64,000 bases of DNA, from assembly GCA_012295275.1 (NCBI GenBank), contig CM022678.1, positions 10,540,001 through 10,604,000 on the forward strand, written 5' to 3'. Position 1 is the stretch's first letter, and each line of letters begins with the position of its first letter. The position numbers were made by a program, and so were the translations under genes. Positions 27,380-41,400 of the stretch are shown one piece after another. Origin of the DNA: Chrysomallon squamiferum (lineage: Eukaryota; Animalia; Mollusca). The notes below the pieces were generated by a model. That model worked only from the letters and a program-made list of their open reading frames with translations, had not been told where the DNA came from and made no database searches.

Positions 27380-30300
27380 TCAATTCTTATTCTTGTCCAA
27401 AATGTCAAAATGGGCCAATATTCCCCAGTGATCGCTGGGAAATCTTTGGCATGATTTAAGTCGCTCTATTCCGACAAGTTCAAAATACACTGGTTTTACC
27501 AGCGGCTTTGGCTTGCTGTGACGCAAATACAGTCTGTCATACCGACACTGTGGTCGAAATTTCAGGTTCCACTCTAAGTTGTCATTACGTTTCAAATCCC
27601 AAGTAAACTTTGCTTCAGGTCGTTTCCCTGTAACCTCCCAAAGGTCAAGGACACCATCAGGTAATCCACCAGCAGACACCAGCTACAAAACGAAACAACT
27701 GTGATTCACAGTTTTTTGTTAATTAATATTAAAATGCATGTTTGAGTAAACTGCTCATCTTTAAAGTACCACTATAATTCACACTAAAGCATGTATGTTG
27801 ATTTAGAAAATAATGTTTTTTTGTGAATATAAATTATACTGATTAAAATGCATACGATCGCTGACAAACTAATACAATTAATTTTCCGTTTCTGTTAATA
27901 ATTATTTTACTGTTAAACAACCGTTCCTTAATTTCCTTCCTTCTTTTAATAAAAAATATCTAGCTATGGGAGACAACTCTTCAAAACCTTCAGTGTTAGC
28001 AGTAACCTTAATACTCATACCTAGCTATAATGGGTTTATTCATATATTCTATTTATTTCCAAAACAATTTGTAAGCATCATTATAAAGACATGTTAACCT
28101 GTTTTCCATTAAAGATAATTCAATTTACATACCTCAGGATCTCTAAGGTTAAGGTCACCTCCAAATATGACACTGCGACCATTTTCTGCATTGGTGACTT
28201 TATGTAAAATTTGCTTCAGTTGGTTTGTTCTTTCCTTGCTGTGTTCTTTGCAGCTTTCAAGATGAGAAGTCATTATAAGGAATGGTAGACCTTTTATCTT
28301 ACACTGAAATATATAAATAATTAGATAATTGACTCTTATCTAAGAATGAAAATTTAAATTATCTGATATATGCAGATGAGAAAATTAAAAATAATTTATC
28401 TTTTACCTTAAAATTATTTTGATAAGTACATATGATAAATTCATAAAGATTTTTATTTTGTACTGGAAATACAGCAAATTGGTATGTGCAGATTGCAAAT
28501 ATTTTATCTTATGCTGAAAATACAGTAATTTGATTATGTATCTGTAAGAAATAAAAAAAATTCTGTTTATCTTTCACTGAAATTAATATTTTGATGAGAA
28601 CAAACAAACTCTGAACAAATTATTTGATACATGCAGACACCAAACTAAATATTTTTTTTATCTTACAATGAAAATATAAATTTGAAGTGTTGAAATAACT
28701 ATAAATCTTACAACACTAAAAATCCCATATCTTTATATATATGTACACATATACACACATAAAGGCAAACATATATCTGTAATATCCTTTTTCTTGCTAA
28801 CCTGGACACTGAGTATGTTTCGTTTCATCAAACTACTGAAGAACGGAATTGTTTCAGTACTCTCAAATTCCACAGCACCTGCCTTTAATAGAACAGCAGT
28901 GTAATAATCATCCTGCCCTCCAGCAATCATCTCGTACATGGGACAGTATTTTTCTATCAATCTGGATGATTCCGCTACCACTTCTTGAAGCAAAACAACT
29001 TGAGGATTTTCTCTGTATAAGAAAAGAAATTTTTAACCGAATTCGTGTCATGACTGTGTCGCAGTTCAAAAGAAAATAAAGTTTTTAACTGAATTTATAA
29101 TCATCATTATGTCACAAGCATTCAGTCACAGTATCTGTATCTATAGCTATATCTATATATATATGGTTCTAGATATTGCAACTGAATGCTGATGTCATGA
29201 TCATGGATTCAGTTAAAAACTACTTTTATAAATAGCTAACAGTTCTTCGTGTCTTCCAGTTAGAAATGAGATCAGATTTCCAATTCAAAATGACTAAAAT
29301 GTTAATGAAGCAAAATTCTAAAAAAAAAAAATACTCTGTGTGTGTGTGTGAATGTCAAACTACTGAATAATACTTACCTGTTAATAACATCACACACACC
29401 TCTTGTCCTTGATTTGCGATTGTTCAAATCCAATCCATCAATATTCCATGACATCAGGCGAAATCTGTGCGTTTCACGATCACTATTAAAACCAAAATTA
29501 AATAATAAAATATAGACAGATACATAGACAGCTAGACAGCTATTTGTGATATCATCGTATATATTTAAAAATATATTAATAAATCTTTAGAAACTATTAA
29601 CATATAATCATATTTTATAATCATATCACATTCATATTGCTTGTTTTAATAAGATTTTGCTAGTTAGTTTAGAATCTATACGTGTTTAAAAAAATCTTTT
29701 AAGTTTTTGTCTTCAAACAGTAATTTGATTAAGAACTGTTATTTACATTTTTAAATACTGATTTTTATATTATAAATACATTATAAATCCATCACTCGAG
29801 TTTCAAATACAAGTACAAAACTTATAGAGCGTAGTTATAACATTTATATGTTCTAAATATACAGTTTTATGACTGCTCCATGTTGCCCAAGTGTCATACA
29901 GATCATACAGATTAAAAATCACAGCTTGATCACATATTAATTAAGAATGTCTCATCATTTGTTTTACCTCTAAAACTGAAGGTCTCTATCATTAAGAAGA
30001 AATACTTTTATTTAGGAAAAGATAGAAAAGTTTTCTTAACCCAGAAGTACTAGATTCCGATGAATCTTTTTTCACTGCTGAACTGCTATCAGTTTCACAA
30101 ATATCCTCAGATGATCGTCCAAAGAATGCATTGACTGCTCTCTAAAATACGAAAAGACAAGATTGAGAAACAATTTTGAAGTAGTATCTTTCAAATACAC
30201 ACCTAAGTGATCTTGAGATATGGTATTCTGTTTCATGTGTACTTCCAGAATAAACACTTAGGTCAAATTATAGTCTTTTATGTCAGAAAGATGCTGTGTA

Positions 30301-31128
30301 TTTGTGTAAAACAGTCTAGAATTTTATACTTTACCCATTAAATAAGTTTCACAACAAAATAACCATAATTTCTTTTTCATATATATTTATATTATTTTTA
30401 ATATTAATACCAGTCTAAGATCAAAATAACCATTATGTTATTTATTATTTTATCAACCTATATTACCTAGTTATGAGTAAAAGCATCTTAATATTTTATA
30501 CTTTATATATGATAATGATAATAAATGTTAATATTTAAAAGTAAAAATAATGTTATACTTTTTAATTATAATAATATTCATAAGCTCACATTTATTAGTA
30601 AAAACATGTCTAAATTTTATACTTTATGTATAATAAGAATGACGTTAATAGTTGTACTGTATTTATAATAATAAATGTATGCTAATATTAATACTTCAAC
30701 TTCAATATTAGTCATATATTAATAAATAAAAACATCTCAGTATTTTTAAAATAATTGTTTATTAATATTTATACTTTATAATTTATAGCTATAATATTAA
30801 TCAAATATTAATAAATAAAAACATTGCACTATTTTTTTATAATAATTATATATTAAAATTTATATTTTAGCTATAATAATAATAATCATATATTAATAAA
30901 TAAAACCATCCACTATTTTATAATTGTATGTTAATAATAATCATATATTATTAAGTAAAAATGTCTTGGAATGTTTATACTTACAGTCAAGTCCCAATCT
31001 CTGTCTTGCAGGTAGAACATGGCCAGTGCTGTGTCTGTTCCAGTAACTGCTGCAAAACTCTGGCATCGTTCTTCACATTCTTCACGTGACGGCAAATTAG
31101 CATCAACATCATCATCAGAATCACTCAT
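27380..31128 (-). CDS. TDP2: Tyrosyl-DNA phosphodiesterase 2 (TDP2/TTRAP), 344 aa
   Basis: Exons 31128-30985, 30141-30041, 29482-29378, 29012-28802, 28303-28133, 27682-27380 total 1035 nt in frame. N-terminal UBA-like FAAVTGTDTALAMFYLQDRDWDL. EEP motifs SWNIDGLD, LLQEV, PFFSSLMKRNIL, MTSHLES, FGGDLNLRD, FTWD, RYDRLY, FPSDHWG. Confidence 0.96.
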
Positions 31129-32468
31129 TTTTAACTCTTATAATTCTGTTTCTGCATCAAAATAAAACATTAATAATCTGTTATATATGAGTCTGTTTAA
31201 TAAGAATTAGATATATATATATATATATATGTGTTATTCACAATTTGTAGGCTAAGAACAAAATAAATAATTTTGTAAGTTAAATAAAATGTGAATTAAA
31301 TCTTAGATAAATATAAATTATTTTTTGTAAAATGTGTTAATACAGCTGAAAGTGATGAACTAGGTTTAAAAACAAAACTTGAAATCAAGTCTTCAAAAAG
31401 TTCTCTATGGCTTTCAGAATATCTGGTTTTTGAATGAATGTGAATACTATTAATAGCATATTTTGCAGTGGAACATTTTTTATTTTCATTCCCATGTCAA
31501 TTGTCTAAACTGCTTTAAGAACAAGATAAAAAAATAAGAAAAGTGAGCAATGTGAAAATAGAATCAATCTATGATATGTCATCCTTCCCACCAAAGTATT
31601 ATTTCGTTAATTTTCATAATTGTATTCTGTCATTATTATTTTTATTCATTTTCTTAATTAAAAAAACCTGTTTATTTCGAAAACGAATCAATAAAACCAA
31701 ACGCCATAATGGGATTAAAGTCCCAAAATTGTTTTGAGGAACCTTTACTTAAACTGAGTAACGTGCGAGTTGTTTCCCTTGAATTAATTTATCGCCATTA
31801 TTTTAAATTCAAATTGTTAATGAGGCAATGCAAATTTCTCTATTGTTCTTTTAATCCTCTAATTTATTATTTTTATTAATAATATTATTATTAGGGTTTT
31901 TTAATACGTTATACTCTTTGTTTCCTGTTAACAACACTTTCTCTGTTAAAGTCTATTTTAATATTACTATCAGTATCATTATGATGTATCAGCGACTATC
32001 ACTATCACTGTATCAGTATCAAGCAGACATGCAGTAACAACAATTCTTCTTCTTTGCATACTGAACCAATAATAAAAAAACATCTTTTTTTTTTTTTTCA
32101 GAGGTTAAAAAGGTTTAACTGTCATCACATATCCTGATTTTAACCTTTCGTTTGTATTTTCTGGTACACTTTGATGTAGAAATGTAGTTCCCGCACTTTG
32201 GTCTATATACCTTCTTAATTTCCTCCTTTGTATCGATGGTCACCAGAAAGAACTGAAGTGAGTTGAGGTTAGAAAGTGTATGGTTAAGTGGATATGCTTT
32301 AAACCTTTTTAATTTCATTCCAGCTGTTTAATTAGTTACTTCTTCAGCGTTAATTGTTATTATTTTTTACTTATTACCTTTCAAGTCTTTGTTCCTCAAA
32401 ACAGTTTTGTGTCTCTTACACAATGAACATGCACAGAGAAATATTAGATTTTAATGCGAATATTAATT

Positions 32469-32519
<51 letters not shown>

Positions 32520-33936
32520 TACCCTGCTTATGAAACCGTTAGTGTCAGAAAGGATGCGGTCGGACATTAGTACTTGTTTCATATTTCAGCTAAAAACGTG
32601 ACGGTCAGGATATCAGATTTCTCATTCACATTATTGCCGCCATTATGCATTACTGTATTTAAAATTAACTTATTCTGCTGGTTAGTTGATACTTGCTCAT
32701 TGTTTCTTTCATTCGACCGGTTTTATATTTCTGTTATAAACGTGATGGGCTACAGTTTAAACGAATGTCAGCAAAACAACACAGAAAATTGTCCTTCAAT
32801 CCCGTGTGTGTGTGTGTGTATGTATGTGTATGTCTAAAAAGGGTTGACAAAAAGGGGTTGTAGTTTCTTAGATCCATTTGATTGTTGTGCGTTAAGGTTT
32901 AAGTAAATGGATGGTTCTATTTATGTTACAAAAAAAAAAAAAATCATACAGAGCTATATAAACAGATAGAAAGAACGAAAGAGGAAGGAAAAGAGAAAAA
33001 TGGTTAATTTTAGGTAAGAACATGTTATGCTTGTGAATAATTATGCAACAAATACAGATAAGGGGATGTATTCGAAAACATTTAATGATGCCGTGTCAGA
33101 AATAACGACTTCAACCGTAATTCATGATAATGAAATCTTTCTTGGGTGGCTTACTTTCTTTCTTGTTTATTTATTACTGCCTTCATCAGCCATTTGTTGC
33201 AAGTGTTAGCTTTTTGTCCCACCGTCTGGGGGGAAGAAGGTCAGTTTTTGAGACCTGTTGTGTTTTCTTGATTAGCTCTGTTTTGAAATATCTGTTATAA
33301 TTTTTGGCTTGCTGAGCCTAATAATTTGCCTTTGAGCTGTGTTACGTTCCGTGAACGTAGAAATCTTATTCTTGTTTATGGTGAGCATCTTGCTATGTTC
33401 TACACTTTTTATGAATTATTTATTTATTTATGTTTATTAAATATTAAAATCCAAATTATAAAAAGTGAACATTTCTGTTATTTAATGATAAAGATTTGTG
33501 TTGTCGGATTATATTTGTCTTCATATCGTAATAGCAAGAGGAACGAAACAAACGAAAAGATTTGTATAAATAATTTACCTTGTTTGTTTTGTTATTAAAA
33601 AAAAAAAAAAAAAAATTAATGGAATTAATTTAATTTAACAGATTATAAATAACCGAATGTTTAAAGACAGTGGCATTTTGTGAAGAAAACAAAAATAATA
33701 ATAGTAACTAAATAATTCTAAACACTCGTTAAGCGTTATATGCATTATGCTGGGGCACATACTTATAGAACTTTTTTTTTTTACCACGTCACAGCAGTTT
33801 TTAATGTTTTTCTACTAGATCACGTGAACATCCACGATTTGTTCCCCTATGACGACGATTGAGTGTGATAAATTTTATTATATACATAATTTTGTTAACC
33901 AGTTAAGTATTGATGGCAAAACACATATTGTATATC

Positions 33937-34039
<103 letters not shown>

Positions 34040-34252
34040 TAATTCCATAGCTGTCGTTTGCTATGTTGACGATTTATGGACTAGGGAACTAAAATGGTAG
34101 TTAGAATTACGAGTAACATTCACTGTTTTCAAGTAACTTCATGCCTTTTGGTTTTTCCAGAACAGACTAAATGAACCATTTTGCTTCGTAGAATCATACA
34201 GGTTAAGCTTAAAAATAGACCAAAATTACATACTTTTTTTTGTTTGTTTTTT

Positions 34253-34293
<41 letters not shown>

Positions 34294-34532
34294 GTCTGGT
34301 TAGCTGTCTATACAATGTAAATTATATATTTGTTATACAGAAAAAGGCATTTTAAGTATTAGTTCTCTCTAATTTTTTATATTTTTTAAACATTTTACTT
34401 GTTTAATTATTATTATTATTTTTCTTTTCTTTTTGTCCAATATAAATACAAGTTTTAATAGAACTGGCTTGTTTGGAAATGTTGAATTAATTGGCTTGGC
34501 CTAGTAGATTTGCCGAAGCGCATTCCTAGTTC

Positions 34533-34564
34533 CGTGACGTCACGAATACGCTGCGGCCATTTTG
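34533..34564 (+). promoter_or_regulatory. PRL/PTP4A distal promoter: palindromic CRE plus YY1 site
   Basis: CGTGACGTCACG at 34533-34544 and GCGGCCATTTTG at 34553-34564 lie in a local CpG-rich patch, followed by a strong donor CTG|GTGAGT at 34658/34659. Confidence 0.65.
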
Positions 34565-34640
34565 ACCCGACAGACAACATCCTTGTCAGGTTTCCAGTCC
34601 TCTCGCTCACAGGGCGAGTTCTTATAATCGGTTACAATCA

Positions 34641-34658
34641 ATGTGCAGAATCATACTG
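34641..34658 (+). CDS. Inferred first coding segment (MCRIIL) of the spliced PRL uORF, in distal first exon
   Basis: ATG TGC AGA ATC ATA CTG |GTGAGT is phase 0. Joined to the acceptor at 58811/58812 it reads in frame into FFGELGHTFMEF. Confidence 0.55.
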
Positions 34659-36001
34659 GTGAGTAGAAAATAGATAAAATCTTATGTAATTTGTTACAAT
34701 TTTATATTAGATCGATCTCATCTATTTTGAAAAGATATTGGTGAACTAATTCACACCATACGTTGAAATCACGTGAATCAGTGAATGAATCGGTGAATGT
34801 CAAACGCTGGATAACTTGCCGTGGATAAGCCGGCACGGAATATCCATATGTTTTATTATTTGGAAAAAGAATTGTGATATTATATTTACACTTTGTTATT
34901 ATTTAGACGGGTAAGCCATTAGTAAGAACTTTTTTTCTGGATTGTTCTAATCTGAGGATTAAAATTACGTGAATGTTCTAAGTTGCGTCATGAGCCGAAG
35001 AATTTGTCTATAGCACTTGCTGGTAAAATTAATTCCATTCTAAAATATATTTTAAGCAATCATGTGTAATAGTAAATTCCATTAACTAAAACAATTACAA
35101 TTGTTTACATTATATATATATATATATGTAAATAAAATAGATTATTTTCGTTTGTTTATTTGTTATATTCAAATAATATTCTCAGTTATTTACGCATTTT
35201 GAGATAGTCGTAATGATAACCTGCACTTAATTTACAGTTAATTTTAGACATGTCTTATTTAAGTAACAAGTAATAGTTAAATAACAGTTAGATATCACAT
35301 ATTATTTCTAATTACAACAGTTATTTATCATAGTTGAGTGATAATGATGAGTGTGTCAAGATTTGCCCTAGCCTATTACTAACTGGCACTTCAGAGTCCG
35401 TTACTAACAATAAGTTAATGAATTTGTCCAGCAGACTAATGTTGATGTCATAGAGTAATTCAAATTAGTACATAGTTGTTTTTTTTTTTTTTTTTTTTTA
35501 TTTATTTTTATTATTATTATTATTATTTTTTTTTTTTTTTTTGTACAAATTTTGGCAACAATTCCTATCAGACTGATTTTTTAAAATTTATTATTATTAT
35601 TAGCATTTTTTTTTTTTTTTTTTTTTTAAGTCATTTTGTTGAGGGTTACTTGTTAGATGTGCTCACCAAGGTTTGATAAGATCAAACCTCTTTTTATATT
35701 TACTATTTCTATAATGATACAGTTTCTTGCTGTTCTTTTCCTTTCCACAAGAGTATATTATCTGATATGAAGGCATCAGGTTGCATCTGGGCTTCCTTAA
35801 AAAGTTGAGATCTTATAACTAAGTATCATTTGAGAACTTCAGTATTGATTATCTAAAGGAAATTTTAAACTGTATTTGGCATGTGTTTACATTACTAAAA
35901 TAACCTCTATCAAATGTATCTAAATGTTGTGTTTGATACTGGTCTACTAAAAATTGTACTGTTTGAATTAATCACTTTCACAAGTTTTTCTAGTGTTTAA
36001 T

Positions 36002-36072
<71 letters not shown>

Positions 36073-36984
36073 ATCATTAAATATAAATCCTCAATTAATT
36101 TTGTATTAATTCACACAGTGTTCAATGGTTGTTATTATGAAAGTATTTTCAATCTTCTCTTTTCTTCATAAGAATCACAGTACGAACAGGTCATTATGTA
36201 TAAAACAATTTGCCCTTGCTTTTGAGTTTAAAGACACCTGCAATATGTCAGTAGGACTGCCACTGAACACGTGGAACTGATATCTGTTTACAAGTATTTA
36301 TCTTGTTTGTTTGTGGCATTTTCAAAAGAATGTAAAAATGGACGTGGGCGTTACATCATATGTCTTCTGTCTGACCTTTTGAAAGGTATAATCATTACTG
36401 GTTTGGAGAACATTTTAAATTACACGTAAATACCACCAAGTAGTTTACCTGTATGGTGTAAAACAGCTTTTTTTTTTTTTTTTTTTTTATTCCTTCCTGT
36501 CACCTTGACATAAAGTAGAAATGAGTTGTTTATTACAAGCAGGTACATACTGATGGTTATGGAATGCTTTCTTGTTACCCTGTTGCTCTTTTGAGCAAGG
36601 GTGTTGTGTTGGCTCTGTGTTATCTTGTTTACGTGTGATTTGTTCACATTTACAACCAAAGAGAAAGGAATGCAGTTATAAACTGTAATGGCAGTGCTGT
36701 ACCATGGATGTAATGCAGTAATGCATTTGGTAGCAGTTGTTAGGTATGTTTTATTGCTGAAATTTTTCTGAACATTATTTCTTTTGTTATTATTCAGAAA
36801 TTGTTTAATTGTTTAGTATTAACACACACACACACAGTAATAAGAAAGAAATAAAAATAAAAATTCACCTCTTATACAGCTGTTAGCTGTACTTTCAAAA
36901 GAGTATTTAGGTTAAATAGACAGTGAATGTCAATTTAACAAAGACATTCTTTTAAAAATGAGTCAGCAGTGCCATAATTAATGT

Positions 36985-37285
36985 TTGTTACAACAGATAA
37001 TCATTGTCATTGTCATTAATGTTTGTCAAAAGTTACTTTCATTATTAATTTCAAACAAATTTACACTGTCATTATTAATATCCCATTAAAACAGAAAGTA
37101 ATTGTCTTTATTAATACTCGTCAAATTAGTTACATATTTTCATTATTAATGTCAGTAAAAACACATTTACGTTGTCACAACGTCTGTTAAAAAAGATACC
37201 TGTTGTCATTATTAATGTTTGTTAAAACAGATATTCACTGTCGTTATCAAACTACATTCATTTTCATAATAAATGTCTCTAAAAC
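36985..37285. repeat. Degenerate ~30-35 bp tandem repeat (tgtcattattaatgt..)
   Basis: Recurrent tcattattaat/tgtca cores. Confidence 0.6.
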
Positions 37286-37505
37286 AGACATTCAGTGTCA
37301 AAAGTATATATGTAATTTGACATTGAATCTTGTCCTTGCAGTATATATGTAACCTTAATTTCGTGGCATGTCCTAGACATGTACAACAGACTCATTGTAC
37401 ACCTGAAGCAAAGTGAAAATTTGCGGAATGCCACCCATGTGTAATTTGAGACCCTGTTTGATGTCGTGGGAAACATATTTATGCTTTTGTCATTTGCACA
37501 GAAAT

Positions 37506-37543
<38 letters not shown>

Positions 37544-38392
37544 TCATTCTTTAGAAACCATGCAGTATGTTTATACCTGTTTTCCTAAATGTGAGGTAAA
37601 GATATGATACAAATATTTATAGTAATGCATTTTAAAATAACACTGACATATATCTACAGGTATGGCTTTATTTATTTATTTTTTTTTTTTTTTTTTTTTT
37701 TTACAACAGTGATATTGAAATTTATTAATGTGACAAAACAACTATTTATATTTCAAGTATTACAGGGTGAGGTTGGTTTTAATAGTGAACAACCGAAAAG
37801 TAATTGAACAGAAATTTGTTATTCGACTTACTTTCACACTTTTGATATGTGAAATTCCATTCATTATTTTTCACAGCTTCAAGCTGATTTGTTTTCATTC
37901 ATCAATTCTTCAGATGTAAGGTTGTAGATATTTGTGCTTGAAGCAGGCTAGCATAGAACACTATTTTTTAAACCACTCCTCAGCTTTCTGAATGACAGGA
38001 GCCTCAGGAATATAATAATACTTGACAGACATTTTTTTTGGCTCTTCTAATATTTATACTAGACATGGTATTTTTGTCGTTTTTAATCAGGACCTAAAGC
38101 TGTGCTGTAATGTTAGTGAAGGTTATAAATTTATTTAGCTTTTTAATTAATATTTTGCTGTAATATGAAACAGTTTATTCATAGCAGTTGTTACTAATAC
38201 CAGTAATACATTCTGAGCCCAAAAATAAATACATTTAATAAAGCTGTTCTGTTTAAAGAAGCTTGTTCTTTCTTTATTGCTGTATCATGTAATAAGTTTT
38301 AAATTAAATTTAATTTTTATAGCCTATTCATTGCAGGATGTATGGTTCAGCAGTTTGCATATCACATTGCCTATCGCGTTGCGTCTCTGATT

Positions 38393-38435
<43 letters not shown>

Positions 38436-41400
38436 TATTGTGGTAGCTACAAACAATTTTTCTTTTAAGGTTAAAGTTTATATTTAGTTTTCTGTCAGAT
38501 ATATATTGTAACTGGTTGTGTTTCATATATATATATAGTTAATCTAAGAACTGTCTTTAGATTGATGACTTAATATTACCTGGACTGCAAATATGGTAAC
38601 AAAAGGTATTGTTTTGTTTTGTTGTTTCTTTGTAAAAAATGTGTAATAAATTGTACTAGTAGTTTGTTAAATGGCTCTGGAAAGAAATTCAAATTGCAAT
38701 TTTAAAAAATAACGAACAGTTTTCTTTTGAAAATTAATGGGGCATAATTAGCAAAAAAATTAAGACAAAGTTTCAAATTCTAATCCAGTGTTTCCTGAAT
38801 CCATTGTGTTTACCAGGAATATTAACTGGGGTTTCTAGATTAAAAAGAATTGTACTCACCCAGTTGTAATAAAGATTGCTGTTCGAAAGAACAGTATACA
38901 AAAAATAAAAATCTTCAGAAAAAAATAAAAAATAATAATAATAATCTACCATCACTGAATTGCAGATAGTGTTATTAATTATGACAAACAGAAAACTGAC
39001 ATGCTTATCCACAACAATCCATTTTTTATTATGTATAGTTTGACATGATCTGTTGGACAAAATAACAAATAAAAGCTTAGATGTAGAATGTGCAGATGTT
39101 ATTTCATAACAAGCTGACAGCACTGATTTTTACAAAAGCAGTGATCTGACTGACACCTGGATCTGTGTTTTTGTAAACATTGATTGTAAAACACTTTAAA
39201 AAATCGGGAAGTTTTAGCAGAAAAATCAGGAAGTTTGTATAAAAAATAGCAACAGGTTTTATGTAACGTTCATAACTGTTTTCATACATTTTTTTTTTTT
39301 TTTTTTGTCTTGCAGCAATTTCCAACCATTTTTAATAAATAGCTGAAAAGATTTTAAGACTGAGAAATGAAATATCACAATTGATAAATATTTATTTATT
39401 TATTTATTACTGCTTTTAAAAATAAATACGAAATATTAGAAATTGTAGAATAGATGCACTTATTATGTTTGCAAATCTGGTTCATAAAATAAATTATTTT
39501 GACAATGTATTATAGCTATGAATGAAATTGATCTGTGCCACATTAAGAATGTTATGTAAACATTTTCACAACAGCTGTAAATTTAAAAAAAAAAAAAATC
39601 ATTGAACACAAAAAAGAAAACAAAAAAAACAAAAGATTAAAAAAAAATGAAACAAAAAAACAATAGAAAATAGAAAAATAAAGAACAAACAGATAATAAT
39701 AAATAAATATATAAATAAACAACCACAAAGCTTCGTAGGAATGACAAAAAGTGTAAGAAATCTGTTGTTTACCCATCCAAAACAAACATGTTTACGTAAA
39801 CATGCATAAGTGTTAGTAACGTATACCATAACTTCCTTGTAAACATTTCTCTGAATGTTACTACTTGGGATAAAAAAAACATTTGATTCTTCTTCCTCTG
39901 TGACAAATTGTTTGTCAGAAAGAGCACAGATTTTGTTGAATGGTTCTGAGTTATTTCTTTCTGTTCAGGTATTTTTTAATGTAATTAACTTTAGAAAAAA
40001 ACGTTAATCTGGTAATTGTTGTTACCATTACTAAACTCATTACTGTAATATTACAAATCACATTAATTATTTTTTTAACTAATATAACGTTATTATTATT
40101 TTTTTGTTCTTTCTTTTAATTTTGTTGCCTAAGTAACTTAATTTGCTTATAAAGCAGTAGAATTTAGTTTTTTTTTCCTTCCAATTATTAGTCCTGTGGT
40201 TGCCATGCCAATATGATCATGAAAGATTTCAAGTACCATTATAGCATTAATAAAATAACTAAAAGTTTCAAGAATTTCTTCTTCTTCTCTTTTTTCTTTA
40301 TTTTTTTACATTAAATTATTATTATTATTATTATTTTAATATGATTGATAAGCCATTTTAGATAGGCTATTTATTTAAAATAGTTTTTCTAAGATATAAA
40401 ATCATAAATGGTATTCATACTGATATTCAGAACATTTTTAGATTTTAGCTATTGCACTGGTCTTTGAAAAACCCCATAAATGAACAAAAATGATAAAACT
40501 CAAAACAGAATGTGTTAATATTTGTTTTTAGAAATAATTTGTATATCCAGAAAGAAAGATGTCTTTAAAGGAAAGCCTAAACAAAACAAAAAAAAATTGA
40601 TCTGTTTCACTGTTGTAATTACCTCACAATGATCTATAGCAGTGAAGAAAATAATTAACATGTTTATTTCACACAATATGTTTCCTAAAGGGAGGTCACT
40701 AACTCCAATCTTCCTCAGTGTCCCTTTAGGACATCACTTGATCATTCTTCATGAACATTTTAGACATAAACACCATGTTACTTAGATGAAGTATCTAATA
40801 ACCACTCAAAAGAAATCTGTATAAAATTGTCAGTAAACATTCTTAAATTTCCTATATTCCTTTCATCTTTAATTAGTTTATGTAATATAATTATCAGATA
40901 ATTTCAGGGCTTATTATGCTACTGGGTGGAGTGAATTATCTGCAGAAAATAGAAAAATGTTGAAGCAGCTGAATAATTAAAACTCCGTTGTCTAGACATT
41001 GTCTTTTGGTAGGGTGAGATAACACAGCAAGTTTTCTTAATGTTATTAAACTGCCAAGATTATTATGGTAGCAGGGTGATTGTATAAGTATAGATGTCTG
41101 TGTCCACTGATAAGTAATCTGGATTCATAGGATACATATTCAGAGAAAAATGATGACAAAAAAAAAGAAAAACAAAAAGAAGAAATTAAGAAAGTGTAAA
41201 TCAGAAATACATGGTCTGAGGAAATTTGGTAAATGTGGAATTGTGCTCAAGTTAAAAATCGATTGAATTATAAAAAAAAGTTGATGTTTTTTCTTCTTTT
41301 TCTAATTCTTCTTCTTCCTTCCCTGAACGTACTTTAAGTATTATTTTCTTTTTTCTTTCTTTTTTAAATATAAATTATCACCCTCACACAGACAAACACA